From the NCBI GenBank assembly GCA_944363575.1, contig CALVUJ010000024.1, positions 144,107-208,106 on the forward strand: DNA of 64,000 bases, written 5' to 3'. Source of the DNA: an uncultured Bacilli bacterium (GTDB taxonomy: Bacteria; Bacillota_I; Bacilli_A; RFN20; DUOF01). Positions 36,304-48,758 of the stretch are shown piece after piece. The number at the start of each line of letters is the position of its first letter. Position 1 is the first letter of the stretch. The translations under genes and the position numbers were made by a program. A model generated the notes under the pieces. That model did not search any database. It saw only the letters and a list, made by a program, of their open reading frames with translations, and had not been told where the DNA came from.

Positions 36304-38175
36304 TTATACTTGTTTTAATAATTCATTAATATACTCAATAGAATCTGCAAAAACACCCTTACCAAACTCTTTATCCAAAACATTTAATAAGCCTTTTAAT
36401 TCATTCTTAATAAATGAAATATTTAAAGCTTCAAGTTTATGTAAAATCTTTCTAGTTAATAAATGGTCAACTGCTTCATATTCACTACCACCACATCCCA
36501 TATAACAAGGAACAAATCTCTTTATTTGCTTCATAATACGGTTACCAAAAGAAATCTTAAAGTTAGTAATCATATACTTATCTACATTAGCTAACTTTTG
36601 TAAAGTCTCTTCACTAATCGCATACTTAGTACAAGCATCATCAAATAACTTCTCAAAATATTCACTAGTCATTGTAATACTATCAGCATCAAACTCAGGC
36701 TCAAATGCTACTGTCTTTTTATTTAAAGACATTGACATCGCACGGTCATAAACTTTATCGGTAATAAGGAAAGTAGAATCATCATTATTCGCCGTACCTA
36801 AAAACCAAACATTTTTAGGAATTAGCAACTTACCGTGATCTAACAAAATAGGATCACCCTCCATAGTAGTATTAATAATTTCTATAATCCATTCATCTCT
36901 ATTAGGCATTTCCATAATAGACAAGAAATCAGCAAAATAATACTCAATACGAGCTAAGTTCATTTCATCAAGTACAAGTATCATTGGCTCTTTATGTTTC
37001 GCACATGTATATAGTTCCTCCAAAAAAGCCGACTCATTAAACTTCTTTGTAAATTCATTTAAATAACCCAATAATTCAGATCTATCTTTCCAGGATGGTT
37101 GAACTGCTACAATTGGTGTCCTACTCTTAAAAAACTTACCAAAAGCATAAGGAAGTGAAGTTTTACCAGTACCAGATATACCCTCCAAAATAGCAAAGTG
37201 AGTGGTACCTAACCCCGCAAAAAACAATGCCAAAGTTCTAAAACTATAGTACAACTTAAGCTTACCTGCTGCAAAGTTTCTAAATCTTTTAACTAATTGC
37301 TCTAAAGTAATTGTTTTTTCTTCTTCACTCATTTCAGGAAAAGAATAATTACGATAATCAAAATCAATTGTAATAAGCTTAGGAAAACGAGCTTTCTCTA
37401 GTACTTCTTTAGGAAGTCTCTCCTTACCATCTTCTTCATCTACTACTTCAACTTCTTCTACAGAATCATCTTCCTTATCTTCGCTATCAACAGGAATTGG
37501 ATACCCATTAACATCAAATAAAAACTTCCCTTTTTTATCTTTTTTAAACTCAATAAGAGGAATAGGTTTCTTATTCTCATCTAATAAAACATTACCCTCT
37601 TCATCTTTTTTATACTCTAACTCAATCTCAGGAAAACCATTCTTACCAAATTTAGGTCTCCCTTTTTTATCAACTTTAAATTTAAAACCAACAGTCTTAA
37701 CTCCATCAGGATTAAGAATAGCCTCTTCTGCTCTCTTTCTCGCATTTTCCATATTCTTAAGATCTTCTTTAGTAGGAGCATACCCTAACTCTGCAACCTT
37801 TAAAGATAAAAGTTGACTCCTCTCATCCATCAAATCAATAACCTTATTATTCAAAGTTTCAATTTCCCTTAACAAAACAATCTTATCTTTAACCTTTCTT
37901 TTAGCAATATATCTTCTTTTAGAAACCCTAACAATTAAATAAACCAAAGCACCAATTGCCGCTACAAAAACTAAAATAGAAAGAACAAATAAAACCCAAC
38001 CTAGAAAATCAAAACCATCTGAATACAAATCAAAAACAGACTTATAATAAGAAAAATTACCAATAATAGCTCGCCATACAGAAACTAAAAAATCAATTAT
38101 TAACTTAAAAAAATCAATAATATCCTCCCATAATACTTTAAGCAATCTCCCAATATACTTACCAAACGCTGCCAT
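36304..38175 (-). CDS. Membrane-anchored McrB-like AAA+ (AAA_5) GTPase with an N-terminal transmembrane segment, a coiled coil and a Lys-rich linker
   Basis: The Walker A motif is GISGTGKTS. The McrB-type Walker B motif is ILVLDEMNLAR. The McrB signature FLGTANNDDSTF is present. The ATG directly abuts the sipW stop codon (TAAATG). Confidence 0.65.
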   Translation of the reverse strand: MAAFGKYIGRLLKVLWEDIIDFFKLIIDFLVSVWRAIIGNFSYYKSVFDLYSDGFDFLGWVLFVLSILVFVAAIGALVYLIVRVSKRRYIAKRKVKDKIVLLREIETLNNKVIDLMDERSQLLSLKVAELGYAPTKEDLKNMENARKRAEEAILNPDGVKTVGFKFKVDKKGRPKFGKNGFPEIELEYKKDEEGNVLLDENKKPIPLIEFKKDKKGKFLFDVNGYPIPVDSEDKEDDSVEEVEVVDEEDGKERLPKEVLEKARFPKLITIDFDYRNYSFPEMSEEEKTITLEQLVKRFRNFAAGKLKLYYSFRTLALFFAGLGTTHFAILEGISGTGKTSLPYAFGKFFKSRTPIVAVQPSWKDRSELLGYLNEFTKKFNESAFLEELYTCAKHKEPMILVLDEMNLARIEYYFADFLSIMEMPNRDEWIIEIINTTMEGDPILLDHGKLLIPKNVWFLGTANNDDSTFLITDKVYDRAMSMSLNKKTVAFEPEFDADSITMTSEYFEKLFDDACTKYAISEETLQKLANVDKYMITNFKISFGNRIMKQIKRFVPCYMGCGGSEYEAVDHLLTRKILHKLEALNISFIKNELKGLLNVLDKEFGKGVFADSIEYINELLKQV

Positions 38176-38709
38176 TTATAACTCCTCCTTTTTCTCACTA
38201 ATCATCTTAATAAACTCATATAACGTTATACAAAACATCACGCCTAATGGACCAATAACCAATAACCAATAACCTAAACTAGTCCTTGAAAACCTTATAA
38301 CATACCCTAATAATGGTATCCTAAAGCCTCTATATACACCAATTATCTCACTAGCACTTACCATTTTATCATCAATATTAGGATTATTAACCCCTTTTGT
38401 AACATATTTATCTTCATAAACATCAACAATCTCATGAGTAACAATCTTCTCTTCACTATCAATAATAGTAATAAAACTAATAACATCACCAATTTCATAT
38501 TTCTCTTTTTTATTCTTATCAATAGCAATATAATCCCCATCTTTAATAAGCGGCTCCATACTACTGCCATTAACATCTAAAAAAGAATACCTACCAAACT
38601 TACTAACCCCATAATCATTACTCATAAAACTAATGATTAATAAACCTAATACGAAAATGATAAAAATGCTAATAAAACAACCACTAATAATTTTAAATAC
38701 TCTTTTCAT
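38176..38709 (-). CDS. sipW: Signal peptidase I, SipW type (archaeal/ER-type)
   Basis: The catalytic motif is VNGSSMEP. N-terminal and C-terminal transmembrane helices are present. It sits directly downstream of a gene with a SipW-cognate signal peptide. Confidence 0.75.
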   Translation of the reverse strand: MKRVFKIISGCFISIFIIFVLGLLIISFMSNDYGVSKFGRYSFLDVNGSSMEPLIKDGDYIAIDKNKKEKYEIGDVISFITIIDSEEKIVTHEIVDVYEDKYVTKGVNNPNIDDKMVSASEIIGVYRGFRIPLLGYVIRFSRTSLGYWLLVIGPLGVMFCITLYEFIKMISEKKEEL

Positions 38710-38718
38710 ACTATCACC

Positions 38719-39513
38719 CTAGCTATCATCTCCTTCTCTATCAATGGCCTCAAAACGCACATTAACCCGCAACTTACAATCAAAAATAGAAATATCACAA
38801 TTAACATCATCACTCTCTAACCAAACAAAAACATCCATTTTAGAAATTTTATTAGCATATAAATCTAATAACAAAACATCATCACTAGACCCTGTATATC
38901 CTAAATTATTAAAAGTTTCATATTTTAATAATCCCCCTTTATAAGACGAATTATCTTTAATCTCTGTCGCATACACCTCAGTATTAATTGGTGCATAACT
39001 AATTTCAATACCTGAACTAGTAGGAGTTTCAACAGTAGTATAAGAAACAAAACCAACCCTAAGAGACTTAACAATCTTATTTTTTTGCTCATTAGTAAAG
39101 ATACTAGACTCATCAACAATATCAATAACAGTCCCCGAAATTGAACCCGCTAAATACAAATCTTTATCATCGCTAGCCGAAAAATACAAACTAAAAGAAA
39201 TATACCCATCAGTCGCCGTATTACTACCATCAAACAAACTAATATAATTATCACCAACAGTACCAAGCAATGGCTTTAAAGTAACTTCATTATCGCCTAT
39301 CATCTCATTAAAACTAATACTATCTTTAAAAGTTCCCTTAACCCCACTAGTAGAAACCATCACATTTTCTTGTGTGGCTACATTAAAAACTAAATTATCA
39401 ACGCGTGGATGTAACTGCTCAGAAAAATAAGCATAGGTTGCACTAGCGAAAGTAACAAAAGAAACAATTAATAAACTTAATAAAAAAACCATCTTCTTTT
39501 TCATAACTTTCAC
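38719..39513 (-). CDS. TasA/camelysin-family secreted protein with a SipW-cognate signal peptide
   Basis: The signal peptide is MKKKMVFLLSLLIVSFVTFASATYAYFSEQ (AYFS-D/E class). The C-terminus CKLRVNVRFEAI resembles the TasA motif KLQFSFEAT. Confidence 0.65.
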   Translation of the reverse strand: MKVMKKKMVFLLSLLIVSFVTFASATYAYFSEQLHPRVDNLVFNVATQENVMVSTSGVKGTFKDSISFNEMIGDNEVTLKPLLGTVGDNYISLFDGSNTATDGYISFSLYFSASDDKDLYLAGSISGTVIDIVDESSIFTNEQKNKIVKSLRVGFVSYTTVETPTSSGIEISYAPINTEVYATEIKDNSSYKGGLLKYETFNNLGYTGSSDDVLLLDLYANKISKMDVFVWLESDDVNCDISIFDCKLRVNVRFEAIDREGDDS

Positions 39514-39516
39514 CCC

Positions 39517-40191
39517 TTATAAAACACCCAAAACATCAAAAGACATTGAAAGTGAAATAGACCCACCTATTTTATCATTCGTACAATCAACATCAGCACC
39601 CTCAATCCAAATAACTAACGAATACTTTGTAACTTCATCAGGTTCAAAATCAGTAACAGTATGACTAACAATAACTTTATCATTTTCAAAAGCAACAGTT
39701 CCACTCTCAGGTTCATTAGTTAAACTATTTTTCTTCGCATAAGTCGCATTTAAAAGAGAATTACTATCCTCATCTATAACATACAACTTAACCCTAATAG
39801 CCTCATCCAAATCATTACTTTTATTTTCAACATTCAAACTCATTGAATAATCCAAATTTTCAATTCCACTATTAAAAACATAAAAAGTATAAGCAATATA
39901 ATTATCACCGCTACTATCACCATCAATTAAATCAGTAATCGTAGGAACATAATCTTCTGTAGTATCCCATGCTTCCATAATTGAAGGGCCATACATCTTA
40001 CCCTTAGGATCACTCAAAGTTTTAGACTCTGATAAAGACAAACACTTTCTAAGACTACTACGATCAACAAAAATAGTTAAATTGCCTTGACGGTTACTAG
40101 TAACAGCAATAACAATTAAAAAGAATATTGAACATAATAAAACGGAGATTAAAATAGGTCTTATTTTTTTCCAATAAAATCGCTTACTCAC
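39517..40191 (-). CDS. TasA-like paralog with an uncleaved-type N-terminal membrane anchor (TapA-like position)
   Basis: An N-terminal transmembrane segment is present. The C-terminal segment WIEGADVDC...SISLSMSFDVLG is shared with the downstream TasA-like protein (WLESDDVNC). It is the first gene of the operon. Confidence 0.5.
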   Translation of the reverse strand: MSKRFYWKKIRPILISVLLCSIFFLIVIAVTSNRQGNLTIFVDRSSLRKCLSLSESKTLSDPKGKMYGPSIMEAWDTTEDYVPTITDLIDGDSSGDNYIAYTFYVFNSGIENLDYSMSLNVENKSNDLDEAIRVKLYVIDEDSNSLLNATYAKKNSLTNEPESGTVAFENDKVIVSHTVTDFEPDEVTKYSLVIWIEGADVDCTNDKIGGSISLSMSFDVLGVL

Positions 40192-40429
40192 CTATTACAC
40201 CCCCATCATAAAAAGACTTACACTATCAATATACTTTTAATGACTAAATTAATCAATATAAAGCCTTTATTTTTTAAAAAAGATAGGTCTTTTTGTCGAA
40301 AAAAGCTGCATCTATTTTCACCTATTTTTACAAAAAATGTAATTAAAAAAAAACGATATCCTCATCGTTTCTTTATCACTAAACAACTAATTATAACCTT
40401 CTATCTTATCAAACTACTTAATATCAAAA

Positions 40430-40789
40430 TCAAATTAAGTTATTATTACGCAAAACACTTTCAATATACTTTATTCTTTTAGCTAATGACGCACGATCTT
40501 CATAATTAGCTCTATCATTCATATCCTTTCTATCACTCTCCACCTGCAAAACAAATCCTTGATGAGAAGTAATTAAAAATAAATTAGTAGTAATCGTTGA
40601 AAAAATACTTCCAATTACTGTTATTTCTTCAATAGTAAAAGACTCTGTTAAAACAAGTGCAATAACATAACTTAGTATAGGTAACTCATAAGAATTAAAC
40701 TTTAATAGCCAAGAACAAAAATTTCTTACATTTTCAGCTTCAAAATCTTCTAAAAAAGGATCATTAGTAAAATTATATTCAGGATTCAT
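40430..40789 (-). CDS. Hypothetical 119-aa protein with one central hydrophobic segment
   Basis: The ORF lies between the dnaJ terminator and the TasA-like operon. No recognisable motifs were found. Confidence 0.35.
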   Translation of the reverse strand: MNPEYNFTNDPFLEDFEAENVRNFCSWLLKFNSYELPILSYVIALVLTESFTIEEITVIGSIFSTITTNLFLITSHQGFVLQVESDRKDMNDRANYEDRASLAKRIKYIESVLRNNNLI

Positions 40790-40822
40790 AAAATCACCAT
40801 CTATAAATATTATGCAAATAAA

Positions 40823-40843
40823 AACTCACTTATTCAGTGAGTT
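40823..40843 (-). terminator. Hairpin terminator overlapping the dnaJ stop codon
   Basis: The hairpin aactcact-tattc-agtgagtt is followed on the minus strand by tttttatttg. Confidence 0.45.
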
Positions 40844-41966
40844 ATTTATTTTTAAAAGCTTTTTTAAATTTTTCAAAAATAGAATCTCCTTGCTTACTTT
40901 CTAAAGATTTAAGTTTCACATACAAATCTCTTTCTTCCTTAGATAACTTAGAAGGAACTTTAATATCCAAAATAACGTATTCATCACCAATACTAGTACT
41001 TCGCAAATCCTTAATACCTTTACCCTTGATTCTTAATTTTTGACCATTTTGAATACCAGCAGGCACTTCTACTTTCACATCCCCATGAATAGTAGGAACA
41101 TCAATCTTACACCCTAAAGCAGCATCAACATAAGAAATAGGAACACTAACGTACACATCATTATTTTGTCTTTCAAAATATTTATGTTTAGAAACAATAA
41201 TCTCAACATACAAATCTCCATTAGGCCCTCCATTAATACCTTTTTCGCCTTTACCCGTAATTCTTAATTGTTGACCAGAATTAATCCCTGCAGGAACACT
41301 AACATCAACATTAACTTTCTTACGCACATATCCTTCACCCTTACAATCAGGACACTTATTTTTAACAACTTTTCCTTTACCTTTACAATAAGGACAAGTT
41401 GTTTGACTTTCAAAAGTACCAAATATTGTCCTTTGTTGAGTTCTAGTCACACCACTACCATGACAATGTGAACATGTTTCAACATCCGTTCCATTAAGTG
41501 CACCAGTTCCCCTACATGAAGTACATCTCTCATCAATAGTTAAAGAAATAACTTTCTTAACACCAAAGGCAGCTTCTAAAAAACTAATTTCCATCTGCAA
41601 ATATTTATCTTCACCTTGCATAGGACCTGAACTTCTTGATTTTTTACCCCCACCAAAGAAAGAAGAAAAGATATCACCAACATCAAAATCACTAAAGTTA
41701 AAGCCACCAAAGCCTCCACCCATGCCACCATTAGCATTAGGATCAACCCCAGCATGACCATAACGATCGTATAAATTTTTCTTTGTCTCATCACTCAATA
41801 CTTCATAGGCTTCTTGAACTTCCTTAAACTTTTCTGGAGCATCCGCAGACTTGTTAATATCCGGATGATATTTTTTAGCAAGTGTTCGATAAGCTTTTTT
41901 GATTGTATCATGATCGGCATCCTTAGAAACCCCAAGCACCTCATAATAATCTCTTTTTTCAGCCAT
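40842..41966 (-). CDS. dnaJ: Chaperone DnaJ
   Basis: The J domain has KKYHPD. A G/F-rich region and four CxxCxGxG zinc-finger repeats are present. Confidence 0.9.
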   Translation of the reverse strand: MAEKRDYYEVLGVSKDADHDTIKKAYRTLAKKYHPDINKSADAPEKFKEVQEAYEVLSDETKKNLYDRYGHAGVDPNANGGMGGGFGGFNFSDFDVGDIFSSFFGGGKKSRSSGPMQGEDKYLQMEISFLEAAFGVKKVISLTIDERCTSCRGTGALNGTDVETCSHCHGSGVTRTQQRTIFGTFESQTTCPYCKGKGKVVKNKCPDCKGEGYVRKKVNVDVSVPAGINSGQQLRITGKGEKGINGGPNGDLYVEIIVSKHKYFERQNNDVYVSVPISYVDAALGCKIDVPTIHGDVKVEVPAGIQNGQKLRIKGKGIKDLRSTSIGDEYVILDIKVPSKLSKEERDLYVKLKSLESKQGDSIFEKFKKAFKNK

Positions 41967-42001
41967 TTACTTACCCCCCTTTAAAATATCATATGATTTC
42001 A

Positions 42002-43852
<1,851 letters not shown>

Positions 43853-44467
43853 TTATTCCCCCTTATCTTCGCTATTTTCACTTTTGGCTTCTAAATTTTC
43901 TTGTTCAATCTTTTCTTCTTTTTTAAAACTATATACTTTCACAGATACAGGCCTTAAAACCTTGTCCCCAATCTTATACCCTTTCTGCAAAATCTCACAA
44001 ATTTGCTCATTTTCTTCTTCATTCAAAGTTTCTACTTTTTCCACCCCATTATGAAGATTATGATCAAACTTGTCCCCTACCTTACAAACAATCTCACTAA
44101 CCTCATGCCTAGACATCAAATCTTTAAATTGATTAAACACAAGTTCAAACCCTTTAAAATAAGCACTAACTTCACTAGGCACATTAGGACTCTCTAAAAC
44201 TAAAGAAAATACATCAATAATAGGAAGTAACTCCTCCATCAAATCATATGTAACATATTTAACAGAAATAGCATTTTCTTTTTCATATGTTTTATGCAAA
44301 TCTTTCATCTCTGCTAAAGCATACAAATACTTTTCATTTAAAGCTGCATACTTTTCCTCTAACTCATTAATTTTCTTTTCTTCTTTAGAAAGCTTTTTCT
44401 CTTTCTTCTTTTCTTTCTTCTCTTCTTCAACTTCTGAATAATTTACTTTTTCATTAGTTTCTTCCAC
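43853..44467 (-). CDS. grpE: Nucleotide exchange factor GrpE
   Basis: The position between hrcA and dnaK fits GrpE. The C-terminal GrpE beta-domain segment GYKIGDKVLRPVSVKV is present. Confidence 0.85.
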   Translation of the reverse strand: MEETNEKVNYSEVEEEKKEKKKEKKLSKEEKKINELEEKYAALNEKYLYALAEMKDLHKTYEKENAISVKYVTYDLMEELLPIIDVFSLVLESPNVPSEVSAYFKGFELVFNQFKDLMSRHEVSEIVCKVGDKFDHNLHNGVEKVETLNEEENEQICEILQKGYKIGDKVLRPVSVKVYSFKKEEKIEQENLEAKSENSEDKGE

Positions 44468-45495
44468 TACTCATCATCCTCCTCTTCACCATATGTCAAA
44501 TTCAATTGATCTACCAAAAACTCCATAACACCTATAACCTTTGCATAATCCATTCTAGTAGGCCCAACTAAAGCAATCTTCGCCCCTTCTTGTCCTTTAA
44601 CATTAACATCCATACTTACCACACTAATATCATCTAAATCACCATCAATCCCAATTTGAACGTTAATCTTTTGCTTATCATCACTATTTACAATAAACTT
44701 CCAAACATTATTACTCTCAATAAGTTTAACCATCTTCTTTAACTTATCAATATTATTCGCATACTCAGGCTGTTCAAACAAATTAGAAGTACCCCAAGCA
44801 TTTACCTTACTATTATCATTCATTTGATTAAACATATTAACAAAAGCATTAATCAAAACTTCATACTTCTCAATATGCAAAGACAAAACAGGTTTTAAAG
44901 CTATCATTTTTTCTACAACAGCATACAAAGGAGTACCTTTTAACCTATCATTTAAAATCTCTACACACTTCTCAACATCCACTGCATTAACCCCATTAGG
45001 AATATTAAAAGTCTTATGTTCAACATGCCCGTTACTTGTAATAAACACGCACACTGCACTATTGCTACTAATAGGTATAAGTTGAATCTTTGCTAACGTT
45101 TCCCCTAACTCATCAGGACCAAGCATAATTGAAGTAAGCGAAGTCATTTCACTTAAAATCGCACAACTATGCCTCAAAACATCACTAACCTGCGTAGACT
45201 TATCATTTAAAATCTTCTTAAGTTTATATAAATTGTCTTCATTCAAATTCTCATCTCTTAAATTATCGATATAGTAACGGTAACCCTTCGCACTAGGAAC
45301 TCTCCCACTAGAAGTATGAGTCTTCTCCAATAATCCCATATTCTCTAACTCCATCATATCATTACGAATAGTTGCACTAGAATAACTAAGATTATACTGT
45401 TCAATCAAATAATGTGACCCAACTGGTTGAGCTGTCTTAACAAATAATTCTACAATATATTTAAGAATTAAATCTTTTCGACTAAGATTACCCAA
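44467..45495 (-). CDS. hrcA: Heat-inducible transcription repressor HrcA
   Basis: It has an HrcA N-terminal wHTH and is the first gene of hrcA–grpE–dnaK–dnaJ. The start appears to be TTG at 45495, with a GAGGTG ribosome-binding site 5 nt upstream. Confidence 0.85.
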   Translation of the reverse strand: MGNLSRKDLILKYIVELFVKTAQPVGSHYLIEQYNLSYSSATIRNDMMELENMGLLEKTHTSSGRVPSAKGYRYYIDNLRDENLNEDNLYKLKKILNDKSTQVSDVLRHSCAILSEMTSLTSIMLGPDELGETLAKIQLIPISSNSAVCVFITSNGHVEHKTFNIPNGVNAVDVEKCVEILNDRLKGTPLYAVVEKMIALKPVLSLHIEKYEVLINAFVNMFNQMNDNSKVNAWGTSNLFEQPEYANNIDKLKKMVKLIESNNVWKFIVNSDDKQKINVQIGIDGDLDDISVVSMDVNVKGQEGAKIALVGPTRMDYAKVIGVMEFLVDQLNLTYGEEEDDE

Positions 45496-45507
45496 AATAT
45501 CACCTCT

Positions 45508-45534
45508 TTAGCACTCTTTCATTTTTCGTGCTAA
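45508..45534 (-). promoter_or_regulatory. CIRCE operator (HrcA binding site), copy 1
   Basis: On the minus strand TTAGCACGA-N9-GAGTGCTAA matches the consensus TTAGCACTC-N9-GAGTGCTAA at 16 of 18 positions. A TATAAT -10 box lies immediately upstream. Confidence 0.6.
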
Positions 45535-45553
45535 TTATAGTATACACATATTT

Positions 45554-45580
45554 TTAGCACTGTCAACAAAATATTGCTAA
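45554..45580 (-). promoter_or_regulatory. CIRCE-like element, copy 2 (more degenerate)
   Basis: On the minus strand TTAGCAATA-N9-CAGTGCTAA has a 9-nt spacer and matches the consensus at 14 of 18 positions. Confidence 0.4.
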
Positions 45581-45725
45581 TTTTATACGATATACAAAAA
45601 AAATAAACTATTTTTTACCTTCGCTTTCATTTCAAAACATCCTATTATTAATTAAAATAAACCTTTTATCACTACAAAAACGCACATCACTGCACTCACC
45701 AAATTAATTACCAATTAAATAAATT

Positions 45726-46187
45726 TTACTTATGCTTTTTTATCTTATCAATTATTTTAGTTGAATCCACATGATAATTAGTCCCCGTATTAACAACCAT
45801 CGTCTCACTAATATCATCAAATAACGTAGTAGTCTTAGTCCTATAAACACCCATATATAACAAATTAATAACAAATAAAACAGGAATAGATATACTAATC
45901 GAACGCAAAATATTCTGCTTAAAACTAACCTTTTCCCAATCAAAAGATAATAACTTTAAGCCCATTAAAGCTAAACCTATTGTTTTATCTTTAAAAAATA
46001 AAACGCACAAAAACTGATACAAAAACATCGTTAAAGTAAACATAAACATATAATAATAATCAAAATTCATAAATCTAACATCCAACAACACATTCAATAA
46101 TAAACTAGTCAAAAAAGCCAATATTAAACCTATGCCCGCATCAATTAAAGTAGCAAGAAACCTTTTTTCATGCAACATAATATTCAT
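45726..46187 (-). CDS. Small membrane protein (RDD-family-like), hypothetical
   Basis: It has three or four hydrophobic helices. Confidence 0.4.
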   Translation of the reverse strand: MNIMLHEKRFLATLIDAGIGLILAFLTSLLLNVLLDVRFMNFDYYYMFMFTLTMFLYQFLCVLFFKDKTIGLALMGLKLLSFDWEKVSFKQNILRSISISIPVLFVINLLYMGVYRTKTTTLFDDISETMVVNTGTNYHVDSTKIIDKIKKHK

Positions 46188-46188
46188 A

Positions 46189-47277
46189 CTACTCGCCTCC
46201 CCACATAAGTTTAATTAAAACAGAATCTAGTAACATCATACCTTCATAAGTTGTCTTCAAACAATTATCTTTAATCTCAACTAACCCTTTACTAACCAAT
46301 TCTTCAACAACTCTTTCATATTTTATCAAAAAATCACCATTAAAGATAGATTTATAATCATTTAAATTTATTCCTTCATCTAATCGTAACCTAAGCATAA
46401 TCTCTTCTTTTTCTCTATCAGCCACTTCTTTCTCTTTATTAACAATCCCTTTAACATATTTAGTTATACTTTTACTAGAAGTATACCTAACCCCATTAAC
46501 ATAACTAGAAGCACCCGCTCCTATCGCATAGTACTCTTCATTATGCCAATACACTAAATTATGTTTACACTCATACCCTTTTAAACAAAAATTACTAACT
46601 TCATATCGATTATATCCATACTTCTTTAATTCATTATAAATGTAATCATACTCTTCCCTAACTTTATCTTGCTCTTCTTCTTCATAATTATTTATTTTTA
46701 AAAGAGTATTATCTTCTAAAATCAAACTATAAAAAGATAAATGCTTAGGCTTTAAACTAAACACTTTATCTAAATAATCAACCTTAAATCCTTTAATTCC
46801 ATAAATAAAATCCATTGAATAATTATTAATATCATATTTACTAAGCAAACTAACACAATTCTTTACATCTTCAAAATTATGCTTCCTATTCAATAATTTT
46901 AAAACACCATCATCAAAACTTTGAACTCCAATACTAACCCTATTAATCCCATATTTTCTAAATAATTTTATTTTATCTTCACAAACACTTTCAGGATTAA
47001 CCTCAATACTAAACTCATAATCATCATCTAAATATTTATTCAATTTACTCAATAATCTATCCAATTGATCTACACTTAAACAACTTGGAGTACCCCCACC
47101 AATATAGATAGTCTTAAGTTTACTAACATTTAAATTATTTAATTCTTCAAATAAACACCCTAAATAATTATCTACTACCTTTTCATCATAAAACATTTTA
47201 CAAAAATCACAATAACTACAAATATGATCACAAAAAGGAACATGAACATATAAAGAACTATTTATTTTCTTCATCAT
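46189..47277 (-). CDS. hemW: Radical-SAM heme chaperone HemW (HemN-like, oxygen-independent coproporphyrinogen-III oxidase family)
   Basis: The motif YVHVPFCDHICSYCDF is present. Its position before hrcA matches Bacillus gene order. The track start at 47280 is GTG; the ATG at 47277 is the likely start. Confidence 0.8.
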   Translation of the reverse strand: MMKKINSSLYVHVPFCDHICSYCDFCKMFYDEKVVDNYLGCLFEELNNLNVSKLKTIYIGGGTPSCLSVDQLDRLLSKLNKYLDDDYEFSIEVNPESVCEDKIKLFRKYGINRVSIGVQSFDDGVLKLLNRKHNFEDVKNCVSLLSKYDINNYSMDFIYGIKGFKVDYLDKVFSLKPKHLSFYSLILEDNTLLKINNYEEEEQDKVREEYDYIYNELKKYGYNRYEVSNFCLKGYECKHNLVYWHNEEYYAIGAGASSYVNGVRYTSSKSITKYVKGIVNKEKEVADREKEEIMLRLRLDEGINLNDYKSIFNGDFLIKYERVVEELVSKGLVEIKDNCLKTTYEGMMLLDSVLIKLMWGGE

Positions 47278-47410
47278 CACTTTTAATTCTTCTCTCTAAA
47301 TAATCATCTTTATCACTATAATCTTGATCATCTACCCTTAAATGAAAAACTTTCTTTAATAACATTACAATCAAAATTAAGCAAACTATTCCAATAAGAA
47401 AATATATCAT
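47258..47410 (-). CDS. Candidate unannotated 50-aa small membrane protein (MIYFLIGIVCLILIVMLLKKVFHLRVDDQDYSDKDDYLERRIKSDDEENK)
   Basis: A GGGAAGGTG ribosome-binding site lies 6 to 7 nt upstream of the ATG. It has one transmembrane helix and an acidic tail. It is below the ORF-track size cutoff and overlaps the hemW start by about 20 nt in another frame. Confidence 0.25.
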   Translation of the reverse strand: MIYFLIGIVCLILIVMLLKKVFHLRVDDQDYSDKDDYLERRIKSDDEENK

Positions 47411-47425
47411 TAATCGCACCTTCCC

Positions 47426-48703
<1,278 letters not shown>

Positions 48704-48758
48704 TTAAAACACATATAAGTTTATCATAATTAAAACTTTATTAAAATAATATCCTTAT

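Noticed and set aside
40240-40482. An 80-aa plus-strand ORF in the intergenic region upstream of the TasA-like operon
   Set aside because: It has no Shine-Dalgarno sequence. It lies in the promoter region of minus-strand genes and overlaps the 3' end of the 119-aa gene. It is judged a chance ORF.
40837-41043. A 68-aa plus-strand ORF overlapping the dnaJ 3' end
   Set aside because: It is opposite dnaJ coding sequence and the terminator hairpin, and it has no ribosome-binding site.
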